From: Verrucomicrobiota bacterium | Lineage (GTDB): Bacteria; Verrucomicrobiota; Verrucomicrobiia; Limisphaerales; SXQI01 | Direction: 5' to 3' | Assembly: GCA_033762115.1 (NCBI GenBank) | Contig: JANRLX010000071.1 | Coordinates: 14,974 to 78,973 of the forward strand | Length of the DNA stretch: 64,000 bases | Shown here: positions 52,614 through 61,064 of the stretch, piece after piece | How positions within the stretch are numbered: the first letter of the stretch is position 1 | Layout of the letters: each line of letters starts with the position of its first letter | Made by a program: the position numbers and the translations under genes | The notes under the pieces: generated by a model | Seen by the model: the letters and a program-made list of their open reading frames with translations, nothing else | Databases searched by the model: none | What the model was told of the DNA's origin: nothing

Positions 52614-54332
52614 TTACGGCACCACTTCACTTCGATCGAGCAACTCCGCATCAAGTTTCTCCCGCTGTTCCTTGAGCAATCCAGCGCGCGTCGCCCGGAT
52701 GATCTCTGCAATGGCCCTCGCCTCCACCAGCCGCGGGACAGAAACATAATCAGCTCCTGCCTGGTACAATTGCGGAACATCATGGAAAAATTCCGCATGC
52801 ATGATCAGCGTCGCCGTCTTGTTCAACTCCCTTAATTGCCGCGCCAGCCGCAGGTTCGTGGCCCCTTTCAGCAAGGTATTCGGAATCGTGCAGACGATCA
52901 GGTCAGCTGCTTCGATCCCTGCATGCAGCAAGGTATCCCGCTGCGTGATGTCTCCGTAAATCACCGAGATATGACGCTTGCGCAAGCCGATGTTGACGTT
53001 CGGATTGAAATCAACCACTCGCAATTCGGGCAATAATTCCGGTGAATGCCGTGTTAATTCCTCCAGCAGCGAGCTGGCCGTCCAGCAAAAGCCCAGTAAA
53101 AAAATCTTTGGCTCCCCGCTCGATTTGGTTTTAAAGAGCGTGTCCTCATCCAGGTCCCGCAATCCGATCTTCTTGAGCATTGGCTGCACCTTTCTGAAAA
53201 ACGAATCGCTCTTGGTGATCGTATACGCTGAAGCCACTCCCAGCAGCACGAACGCATATGCCACGATCCCCTGCGTTTGCGGGCTGATATGCTGAAACCC
53301 CGCCCCCAGCGCCAGCACCACCAATGATAATTCACTCACCTGGCAAAGGTTCACCGCTGGCAACAAACTCGCCCGCAATCCCTGCCGCATGATGTAAAGG
53401 CAGGGGAACACTGTCAAAATTCGGCTCGCCACCAAAAACAACGCCACCGCAAACGCCCATCCAATGATCGGCAAGGTCGGTTTCGGAATTGCCATTCCCA
53501 GCCCCACAAAAAAGAGCGTCACGAAAAAGTCCCGGAGGCTCGTGATCTTCGCTGAGACATCCAGTGTGTAAGGGAATGTTGAAATTGCCACCCCTGCAAT
53601 CAATGCCCCCATCTCCGCCGACAGATGCAGGGTCGAGGCAAGCCCCGCGATCAGGAAACACCACGCCAGCGCCCCCACCAGCACCAGTTCAGGCAACCTC
53701 GCCACTGTCCGGAAAATCGGCGGCAGCGCATATCGACTCGCTGTAAAGGCCACCGCCACCAGGATCATCACCTTCCCCATTGAGATGGCGACCGTTCCAA
53801 ATCCCGCCTCATTCAAATTTGGCTGCACCGCCAGGAACAGGATTGCAAACAAGTCCTGGAGAACCAGCACACCCAGCGTCAGCCGCCCGCTCAAGGTATC
53901 CAGTTCACTCTTTTCATAGAGCAGTTTCACGATGATGACTGTGCTGCTCAACGCAGCGGTCACCGCCAGGTAGAGCGCATCCCACGCGCCGGGCGCCAGC
54001 GGAAATCCCATCACCCGAAAAAAGATCACTCCCAGCAGGCATCCGCCAATGATCTGGTTCAATGCTGTGAAAGTGATCAGCCGTCCTGAGCTTTTGATTT
54101 TCTTCAGGTCAATCTCCAGCCCGATCATGAAAAGCAGCAGGATCAATCCTAGCTGCGAAATAGTCTCAATCGCAGCTCGGTTACTGACCAGCTTGAGCCC
54201 GATCGGTCCGATCAGGAACCCTCCGGCAAGGTACGCCAGGATCAGCGGTTGCCGGAGCAGCTTTGCTCCCACCGCGAGAATCCACGCCACCACAATGCAT
54301 ATTGCGAGGTCACTGACGACCGAATGTTCCAC
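52614..54332 (-). CDS. CPA2 cation:proton antiporter with C-terminal RCK/KTN domain (Kef-like)
   Basis: LFMIGLE, LSSTVII, LVLQDL, LRDFF..FFV, YGDI; GTG start. Confidence 0.9.
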   Translation of the reverse strand: MEHSVVSDLAICIVVAWILAVGAKLLRQPLILAYLAGGFLIGPIGLKLVSNRAAIETISQLGLILLLFMIGLEIDLKKIKSSGRLITFTALNQIIGGCLLGVIFFRVMGFPLAPGAWDALYLAVTAALSSTVIIVKLLYEKSELDTLSGRLTLGVLVLQDLFAILFLAVQPNLNEAGFGTVAISMGKVMILVAVAFTASRYALPPIFRTVARLPELVLVGALAWCFLIAGLASTLHLSAEMGALIAGVAISTFPYTLDVSAKITSLRDFFVTLFFVGLGMAIPKPTLPIIGWAFAVALFLVASRILTVFPCLYIMRQGLRASLLPAVNLCQVSELSLVVLALGAGFQHISPQTQGIVAYAFVLLGVASAYTITKSDSFFRKVQPMLKKIGLRDLDEDTLFKTKSSGEPKIFLLGFCWTASSLLEELTRHSPELLPELRVVDFNPNVNIGLRKRHISVIYGDITQRDTLLHAGIEAADLIVCTIPNTLLKGATNLRLARQLRELNKTATLIMHAEFFHDVPQLYQAGADYVSVPRLVEARAIAEIIRATRAGLLKEQREKLDAELLDRSEVVP

Positions 54333-54438
54333 CGCAACGAGGATTGCGGATGCACATCTTCAGTGCAATCCCGTTCCTCACTTCAATTCACTTTCTTGCC
54401 ATTCCCATCACCCCCGCACTAAACTCACCATCAACCGT

Positions 54439-55857
54439 ATGAACTACGCCTCCTATCGCAACCTCCCTCCCCTCGCGGGGATTGCGACTTTCGAACAAGC
54501 CGCGCGACCCGGACTTTCCGTCGATCAATGCGTTCAGCGCCTCAAACGTTTTCATTATGCGTTCAAACGCCTGAACCAGATCTTCACTGCCCGCCTCACT
54601 TCCGAGCCTGTTTACGAATTGAAAATGGCTTTCAGCTTTCATTCTCACCTGTGCGCCGAGCATGTCACCGCTCTTCGCAAACGAGTCGGTGAGATGCGTG
54701 AACCTCCGCTTGGCCTCGACCAGGTGCCCGATCCAAATCTGGAAATCTTCTTTGATGAAATTATTTCCTCCCCCTCCACCGAAGAATTGCTTCATGGCAT
54801 TTACGCCAGGGCTCTCCCGGCCCTCCAACTCGCTTTGGAGCAGCACATCAAGGACACCAATCCACTCGCGGACCATCCCTCCATTCGCATCATTCGCTTC
54901 GCTCTCCTGGAGCTGAATGACGTGCTTGCCTATGGCCGGGAAGCCATCCATCGCCTGCTCAGCGACTCTCACCATCAACAACTCAAATCCTGGGATGCCC
55001 TGCTTCATCAACTCCTCCACGCCGCCGGAGGGCTTGACGGAACTTCCCAACCGCAACCACAGCCCCTCGAACGTCAATATTCCAAACGGCCTTTCCAGTA
55101 TGACCCCCGCCCCAAACGTGATGAACGTTTCCCTGATCCCTATAACATGGGGGTGAATGCAGAGGTGTTTCTCTACGACGAGTCCTTCCCTCCCCAGCCG
55201 AAAACATTGATGATGTTCTACAAGCGTCTTCGTGAAATCGATGTCCCCGAAATGATGGCCACCATCATTGCTGAAACTCCCGGCAAACCGTGGGATTACT
55301 ATCGCGACATGACTCGCCAGCTCTGGGACGAGGCGCGTCACGCCATGATGGGGGAAGTCGGCTTCGTTTCAGCTGGAGTGGATTGGCGCAAGGTCATGGT
55401 GAATTTCACCTGGTCCCTCGCCCTCAACACCCAGCTCAAGCCGATTGAACGTCACGCCGTCCTTTATTTTATCGAACAAGGGTTGATGCCAAAAACCGGA
55501 AAACGCTTCGAATGGGAAGTTGGCCTTGCTTCGCGCAACCCCCTTTCCGCACTCTTTCAGGATTACGATTGGGCCGATGAAGTCCTGCACGCCCGGATCG
55601 GTCGCGATTGGTACGTCAAGGAATTCAAGGACCCCAAATCCGCTGTCGCTTACGGTGACGAATGCTGGTCCAAAGTTCTCATGAACTGGGAACAGTGGCG
55701 CACCGAAGGATTGACCCAGCACCGCAACTGGTGGCCTGATGTTTATTCCGAAGCCTGCCGCCAATGGCAGATCGAACCCGATCCCAAAATTCTCGCCTAC
55801 AACGTCACTTACCAGAATGTCCGCGCAGACCTCAAAAATCTCTCTGCCTCAGCCTGA
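54439..55857 (+). CDS. Ferritin-like di-iron protein (DUF455-like)
   Basis: E..E, DEARH, E, DEVLH carboxylate/His pattern; start moved to ATG 54439 to avoid overlap with kef. Confidence 0.7.
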   Translation: MNYASYRNLPPLAGIATFEQAARPGLSVDQCVQRLKRFHYAFKRLNQIFTARLTSEPVYELKMAFSFHSHLCAEHVTALRKRVGEMREPPLGLDQVPDPNLEIFFDEIISSPSTEELLHGIYARALPALQLALEQHIKDTNPLADHPSIRIIRFALLELNDVLAYGREAIHRLLSDSHHQQLKSWDALLHQLLHAAGGLDGTSQPQPQPLERQYSKRPFQYDPRPKRDERFPDPYNMGVNAEVFLYDESFPPQPKTLMMFYKRLREIDVPEMMATIIAETPGKPWDYYRDMTRQLWDEARHAMMGEVGFVSAGVDWRKVMVNFTWSLALNTQLKPIERHAVLYFIEQGLMPKTGKRFEWEVGLASRNPLSALFQDYDWADEVLHARIGRDWYVKEFKDPKSAVAYGDECWSKVLMNWEQWRTEGLTQHRNWWPDVYSEACRQWQIEPDPKILAYNVTYQNVRADLKNLSASA

Positions 55858-55888
55858 CTGCGGAACAATACCGGCAAGCTCGACCAAA

Positions 55889-56287
55889 TCATTTTTTTCC
55901 GAACAACGAACCCCACATCGATTTCGATTCCTGGGAGCGTTGCTGCACTTTTAATTGCCCCAGCAACGATTGCCACGCGATGTAAATCTTATGCCACTGG
56001 TTTTCCAATCCCCGCAATCCCGCCTCATTCAATTCGCTCAGGTATCGGATTGATGGCGCTGCCGCGATCAGTGAATGAATCTCCTCCTTGCTCGGGCCTC
56101 CCTCAATCGAGGAAAGGATCAATTCCAGCTCCTGCGCAATCACGCTCTTGACCTCGAGGAACTGTGATTCGTGCTCCGGCTCGAACTTCTTGCTTCGCGC
56201 CATGTTCAAATAATGATTGAACTGTTTCCAGCACTCCAGATGGCTCTCCATCTGCACGACTAATTGGTCCAGTTTCTTGTTGCTCAT
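55889..56287 (-). CDS. Helical hypothetical protein with C-terminal amphipathic tail
   Basis: 132 aa, ends SMWGSLFGKK; third gene of the RR operon. Confidence 0.8.
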   Translation of the reverse strand: MSNKKLDQLVVQMESHLECWKQFNHYLNMARSKKFEPEHESQFLEVKSVIAQELELILSSIEGGPSKEEIHSLIAAAPSIRYLSELNEAGLRGLENQWHKIYIAWQSLLGQLKVQQRSQESKSMWGSLFGKK

Positions 56288-56295
56288 GGTCAAGT

Positions 56296-56595
56296 TTAAC
56301 TTCCTCCCAGTCCCAAAGGCGAGAGAAACACGATTGCTCCCCCGCGCAATTCCCGCGCTGTGATCTTCAATGAAGCAAAGGTCAATGTGATCTCTGTCAG
56401 CGGGACCTCTGCCTCCATTGCCTGTCGAAAAATCGCAATCACCGCCTCCCCAATCTCAAGCACATACTTCTCCGGAAAGGATTGTGACACAGTCGAGGTG
56501 ATTAATTTCCCAAACCGATCCACCGTGAACGTCCCCGTCGGTAACGGCATCGGCGTGGTCGGCGCTCCTCTCGAAAATATTTTCAGGAAATCCAT
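56296..56595 (-). CDS. Small hypothetical protein, possibly roadblock/longin-like
   Basis: Strand-strand-helix-strand x3 pattern (FTVDRFGKLITSTV..helix..ITARELRGGAIVFL); overlaps RR stop. Confidence 0.7.
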   Translation of the reverse strand: MDFLKIFSRGAPTTPMPLPTGTFTVDRFGKLITSTVSQSFPEKYVLEIGEAVIAIFRQAMEAEVPLTEITLTFASLKITARELRGGAIVFLSPLGLGGS

Positions 56596-57656
56596 TTGCT
56601 CAACGCTTTTTTCATCGATTCACGCACCTGCTCCCGGGAAAGGGTCTTCTTGAACCCCACACAAAGCAATGTTTGCTCATGCGGTAAAATACTCATATGC
56701 CGCTGCGTCCCCGTTCCTTCAAAACTCTTCAGATCCCCCCATTGAAAACGCTCCCCCATCTCATTGCACTTCTTGAAAGTGTCCGCGCACCACGCAGAAA
56801 CCTGGTCGGGATTTTCGATTCCCCATTGTCCCAATGATTTGCCTGAATCCATCTGTGCGGGCACCGCAAATTCCAGGTCCGGAATCCGTCCCAGCTCAAT
56901 CAACGGATTTTTTTCCCCCGGCGCCTCACCGTTGGTTGATACAGCGCTGTTTTTTCCCGACTCCGCCTCATCCATCGCCTGCGCCGTTTCCAGCAACAAA
57001 CCCTGGTACGATGACATGATCCGCCGTGGCCGGCTCGGGTCTGCTGGCAACGTCTCAAAACTGCCCGTTTTCCATCCCGCAATTTTCTGGAACGCCGCTT
57101 CCCCGGTCAGGTCCTCCGCCTCCGCATCGATCACATCCCCACTCTGGATCCAGATCCTCCCCTCCAGCACGCCGTTCGTTATTTTCAACACCGACGAATT
57201 TTGCGACAGGCACTCGATCTGGATCAAATCCATCAGGCTCTTGCTTTGCACTCCCCGGAACCCCCCGGAAACCTCCTTGTCCAGCAGCGATTCAATGCAC
57301 TCAACAAAAAAACTCAACTCCTTTGCCGATTGCGGCTTCTCCAGGTAAAGATCAATCCCCAGCGCGTAAGCCCGCGCCCGGAACTGTTCATCTGTCACTG
57401 CGGACATCACCACCGTTCTCAAATTCGGAAATTTCTTTCGCACCAGCGTGAGCACCTGCAACCCATCCATCTTTGGCATCTTCAAATCTGAAATCAGGAC
57501 ATTGAACGGTTCCGATTCCAGCAACGCCATCGCCCGTGCCCCGCTCGAAGCCGTATGCACCTCGGGACTCAGTGAGAGTTGACTCAACATCTCCCGGTAC
57601 AAGTCCAGCAAATCCTGGTCATCATCCAGGAGTAAAATCTTGTGCCGATCAGCCAT
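56583..57656 (-). CDS. Response regulator REC + DUF4388 (PATAN-like) + possible roadblock-like C-domain
   Basis: LLDDD, ISDLKMPKMDG, EKP; SLMDLIQ..GRIWIQSGDVIDA..GEAAF..WKTGSF. Confidence 0.88.
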   Translation of the reverse strand: MADRHKILLLDDDQDLLDLYREMLSQLSLSPEVHTASSGARAMALLESEPFNVLISDLKMPKMDGLQVLTLVRKKFPNLRTVVMSAVTDEQFRARAYALGIDLYLEKPQSAKELSFFVECIESLLDKEVSGGFRGVQSKSLMDLIQIECLSQNSSVLKITNGVLEGRIWIQSGDVIDAEAEDLTGEAAFQKIAGWKTGSFETLPADPSRPRRIMSSYQGLLLETAQAMDEAESGKNSAVSTNGEAPGEKNPLIELGRIPDLEFAVPAQMDSGKSLGQWGIENPDQVSAWCADTFKKCNEMGERFQWGDLKSFEGTGTQRHMSILPHEQTLLCVGFKKTLSREQVRESMKKALSKWIS

Positions 57657-57794
57657 ATCGCTTCTACCCAAGCTTTTTTCGTGCCTGTGCCCAACCCTCT
57701 CACAAATGCATTTATCCGGATGAAGGCGGATTACTTGTCAGGGGAATTGTTATCGACGAAATCATACCGATATGCAAGACTGCTCTCCCAAGAG

Positions 57795-59513
57795 ATGCTA
57801 AGCTTTCTCAAAAATCTCCTCAAAAAAGATCAGGAACAGCCACCGCAAACTCCACCTGCGCCGCCTTCGCCACCAACTGCTAAACCACCGACCACTCCTG
57901 CTGCTGCAACTGCCGCCCCTGTCCCCGCGACACCAAAAACAGAAGCTGCAAAACCTGTCGCACCTGCGCCTGCGGCCCTCCCACCGGGCCCCACCTTGGA
58001 TGTCACTTTAAAAGCCATCGTTGCCCAATTCCCGGACACCTTAAAATCCAAAATTACCCGCACCCCCTCGACTGCTACCGTCGCTGTCCCCCTCGCTTTG
58101 ATCCTTCCCCAACTTGCCAGGGGCGCCGTCAAGGTCACCTACGCGCAACTCCGTCAAATGGCTGCAAAAGAAGCCTTCCCTGCTGACCCTGCCTCTGACG
58201 CCGTCGAGATCCAACTCCCCCTGACCGAAATTCTTTCCAAACTCAAGCCCGACCAGCTTCCCCGCCGCGCGGGGCAAAAGGAAATTCAGTTGCCGGAAGA
58301 CATCTCCCCTGTCTTCGGCGGCCAAAATCAATCCACCAAAGCCCCTGTCAAAGCCGCCGCACCTCTTCCTCCTGCTGCTTCAGCGCCCGCTCCGGTTTCC
58401 GCCGCTCCTCCCGTCCCGGCTGCTGCTCCCATTCCACCCACGCCTCCTCCGCCCGCGCCCAAACCACCGGAGGCCCCTGCAAAAGCTGCCGCGGAATTTT
58501 CATTCGAAGAGCCAAAACTTCCGGAGCAAAAACCCATCTCCTTTGGTTCCCTCCCCCAACCAGCGGGGACTTTGCCCACTTCCCAGAAACCGCCAGCCAC
58601 CAAACCCGCCACCCCAGCTCCTGCGGGCAACAGCGTCGCGGTTCCTGTCGCCGCAATACTCGCCACCCTCTCCGAAGCGGGCAAAAATTCACTCGCTCCT
58701 TTTAACTCCAGCAGCATTCAGATTCCCACTGCCGAACTCGATGCTGCCATCAGGAAAGGCAAACTCCTTTTCTCCGGGAAAAAAATTCAATCCTGGCTCA
58801 CTCCTCCTCCCACTGCCTCGCTCCCACCCGACCTTGAATTTGAACTCCCCCTGCCCGTCGTCGTTCCGCTTTTTCTGAAAACCGGCGCAGCCCCAAAGCC
58901 ACAAAAAAGCGTCACCATCGACGAGCAGATTCCCGATGTGTTTGCCTCAAAACCGGTACAGGCAGCCCCATCTCCATCTCCAGCCCCGGTTACCCCTGCA
59001 ACGCCTCCTGCCGCCCCTGTTTCACCGGTTGCAGAAACTCCGCCAATCTCCGTCCCTTCAGCGCCACCGGCTGAACCGCCTGCTCAATCTCCGAAACTGG
59101 ACTCCCCTCCCAAACCGCAGCCCGTTCTCGGCTTTGGCGAAATTTTCGGCGAACCCGGCAGGGTGGATTGGTCACCCGCTGATATCGTCAGGAAAACCGC
59201 CGCCCTCCGTGGGGTTGCCGCCGCCCTGATCGTCACCAGGGATGGCCTCCTCGTTGCCGGGGAAGTACCCCCCACGCTGACTGCCAGCACTATTGCCGCT
59301 TTCATCCCCCAAATGTTCACCCGCATGACCCAGTACAGTCGGGAACTCAAACTTGGCGACGCAAAGCAGATCACCATCCTCGTTGAAAACACCCCACTGC
59401 AAATTTTTGAAGTTGGAACTGTCTATCTGACCATTCTCGGTAAAGCGGCTGAAAATCTGCCTAAACACCAACTCACAGCAATTGCCGGGGCCCTGGCTCG
59501 ACACTCTAAATAA
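57795..59513 (+). CDS. Pro-rich protein with duplicated unknown domain and C-terminal roadblock/LC7 domain
   Basis: LRGVAAALIVTRDGLLVAG roadblock motif; start at ATG 57795; stop 2 nt before mglA. Confidence 0.85.
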   Translation: MLSFLKNLLKKDQEQPPQTPPAPPSPPTAKPPTTPAAATAAPVPATPKTEAAKPVAPAPAALPPGPTLDVTLKAIVAQFPDTLKSKITRTPSTATVAVPLALILPQLARGAVKVTYAQLRQMAAKEAFPADPASDAVEIQLPLTEILSKLKPDQLPRRAGQKEIQLPEDISPVFGGQNQSTKAPVKAAAPLPPAASAPAPVSAAPPVPAAAPIPPTPPPPAPKPPEAPAKAAAEFSFEEPKLPEQKPISFGSLPQPAGTLPTSQKPPATKPATPAPAGNSVAVPVAAILATLSEAGKNSLAPFNSSSIQIPTAELDAAIRKGKLLFSGKKIQSWLTPPPTASLPPDLEFELPLPVVVPLFLKTGAAPKPQKSVTIDEQIPDVFASKPVQAAPSPSPAPVTPATPPAAPVSPVAETPPISVPSAPPAEPPAQSPKLDSPPKPQPVLGFGEIFGEPGRVDWSPADIVRKTAALRGVAAALIVTRDGLLVAGEVPPTLTASTIAAFIPQMFTRMTQYSRELKLGDAKQITILVENTPLQIFEVGTVYLTILGKAAENLPKHQLTAIAGALARHSK

Positions 59514-59515
59514 TT

Positions 59516-60124
59516 ATGGCGTTAATTAATCAGGCCACCAAGGAACTGCAGGTTAAAGTCGTTTACTACGGCCCAGCCCTTTGCGGCAAAACCACCAACC
59601 TCGTCAAGGTTCACGAGAATGTCCAAACCGCCCAGGAAAAGGGCAAACTGGTCTCCCTCGCCACCAGTTCCGACCGCACCCTCTTTTTCGATTTTCTCCC
59701 CATCGAAGCCATGTCCATCAAAGGCTTCAAAACCAAATTCCAGCTTTACACCGTTCCCGGCCAGGTCATTTACAACACCACTCGCCAGCTCGTCCTTCGC
59801 GGCGTCGATGGCATCGTCTTCGTGGCCGATTCACAATACGAAAAAATGGCCGAAAATGTCGAAAGCTTTGCCAATCTTGAGGAAAACCTTAAAGCCAACA
59901 AGCTCAACCTCGACGAAATCCCTTACGTCCTCCAATACAACAAACGCGATCTTCCCAATGTCGCGCCCGTCGATTACATGGAATATCTCCTCAACAACCG
60001 GGAAGTCCGCGTCCCCGCTTTCGAAGCCTCCGCCCATAAAGTTGAAGGTGTCTTCGAAACGCTCAATGCCATTACTCGCCTTCTCCTTCAGAAATTTATT
60101 AACGAAAGCAAAAAACCCGCCTAG
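59516..60124 (+). CDS. mglA: MglA-family small GTPase
   Basis: KVVYYGPALCGKTTN, DRTLFFDF, YTVPGQV, DGIVFVADS, NKRD. Confidence 0.95.
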   Translation: MALINQATKELQVKVVYYGPALCGKTTNLVKVHENVQTAQEKGKLVSLATSSDRTLFFDFLPIEAMSIKGFKTKFQLYTVPGQVIYNTTRQLVLRGVDGIVFVADSQYEKMAENVESFANLEENLKANKLNLDEIPYVLQYNKRDLPNVAPVDYMEYLLNNREVRVPAFEASAHKVEGVFETLNAITRLLLQKFINESKKPA

Positions 60125-60129
60125 TGTTT

Positions 60130-60612
60130 ATGTCCACCCTGCCCCAACTGCTTGAGGAAGATGTGCAGGAGCTCAATAAGGCTCTTGAGGAATTGCTCAC
60201 TCGCAGCGAGGCCACCACTGCCCTCGTCACTGACAAGGCAGGTTTCTGTATTGTTCAACAAGGCGACCTGGATACCTTTGATGCCACAAGCCTCGGCGCT
60301 CTCGCTTCCAACTCATTCAACGCAAATCAGGCCATTGCCCAGATGATCAATGAGCCCAATTTCAACACCGTCTATCAACAGGGTGAAAAACACAGCATGC
60401 TCGTCATGGACGTTGATGAATTTACCGTCCTCATCATCATTTTTCCCGCAGCCGTCAGCGTTGGCATGGTCAAATATTATGCTGCCCAGGCCGCTCAGGT
60501 CATCTCCCGGCAATTGATGATTGCCAAATCTCGCTCCCCCGGTCAGGGCATTGATCTTGCCATGCTCAACATGGAGGATTCCTCCCAGCTCTTTAAGAAA
60601 AAAGACCTCTGA
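60130..60612 (+). CDS. mglB: MglB-family roadblock/LC7 protein (GAP)
   Basis: ALVTDKAG..LGALA..F....QQGEK..VGMVK; adjacent to mglA. Confidence 0.88.
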   Translation: MSTLPQLLEEDVQELNKALEELLTRSEATTALVTDKAGFCIVQQGDLDTFDATSLGALASNSFNANQAIAQMINEPNFNTVYQQGEKHSMLVMDVDEFTVLIIIFPAAVSVGMVKYYAAQAAQVISRQLMIAKSRSPGQGIDLAMLNMEDSSQLFKKKDL

Positions 60613-60638
60613 TTCCCCTCTTCCCCTCGGCGCTCCGC

Positions 60639-60956
60639 TTAAATCTTCTTCGGCTGCGTGAACGGCGTTCCATCCGGCCTCTTGCCAAACGTCGTTTCAT
60701 CCCCTTCCCGCACAATCTTAAACGATCGTTCGAACGCTTCCGTGAAAATTTTGATCTCCTCCACCATCTTGTCCGGTTGCTGCGCCAGGTTCTCGATTAA
60801 TCGCGGAGCCATCTCCGGCTTTCGCCGCATCAATTCTATCGCTGCCACCATCAATGCAAGGTTGTTGTTCACATTATGGCGCATATTGGCCAGCTTTTGG
60901 TTCAATGAATGGACCTCAGCAGGGGAAAAAGTGACCGGTTCAGTCGGCAAACCCAT
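60639..60956 (-). CDS. Stand-alone HisKA-like (DHp) protein
   Basis: H-box-like LANMRHNVNNNLALMVAAIELM; 105 aa, no HATPase domain. Confidence 0.65.
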   Translation of the reverse strand: MGLPTEPVTFSPAEVHSLNQKLANMRHNVNNNLALMVAAIELMRRKPEMAPRLIENLAQQPDKMVEEIKIFTEAFERSFKIVREGDETTFGKRPDGTPFTQPKKI

Positions 60957-61064
60957 GAGCCACCTTGAAACCATTTCCCTTGGAAAGCAAGCCAGTTATG
61001 CCGCAGCTGCCAACCCGTCCTCCCACCCATTGCTCCCCGTACAATCCCGAAGTACCTTTCTCTG

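Noticed and set aside
54388..55341. 317-aa antisense ORF (likewise 62525-63382)
   Set aside because: Opposite well-supported genes; shadow ORFs
57830..59110. Low-complexity C-rich DNA as tandem repeat or CRISPR
   Set aside because: Explained by Pro/Ala codons; no fixed repeat-spacer period
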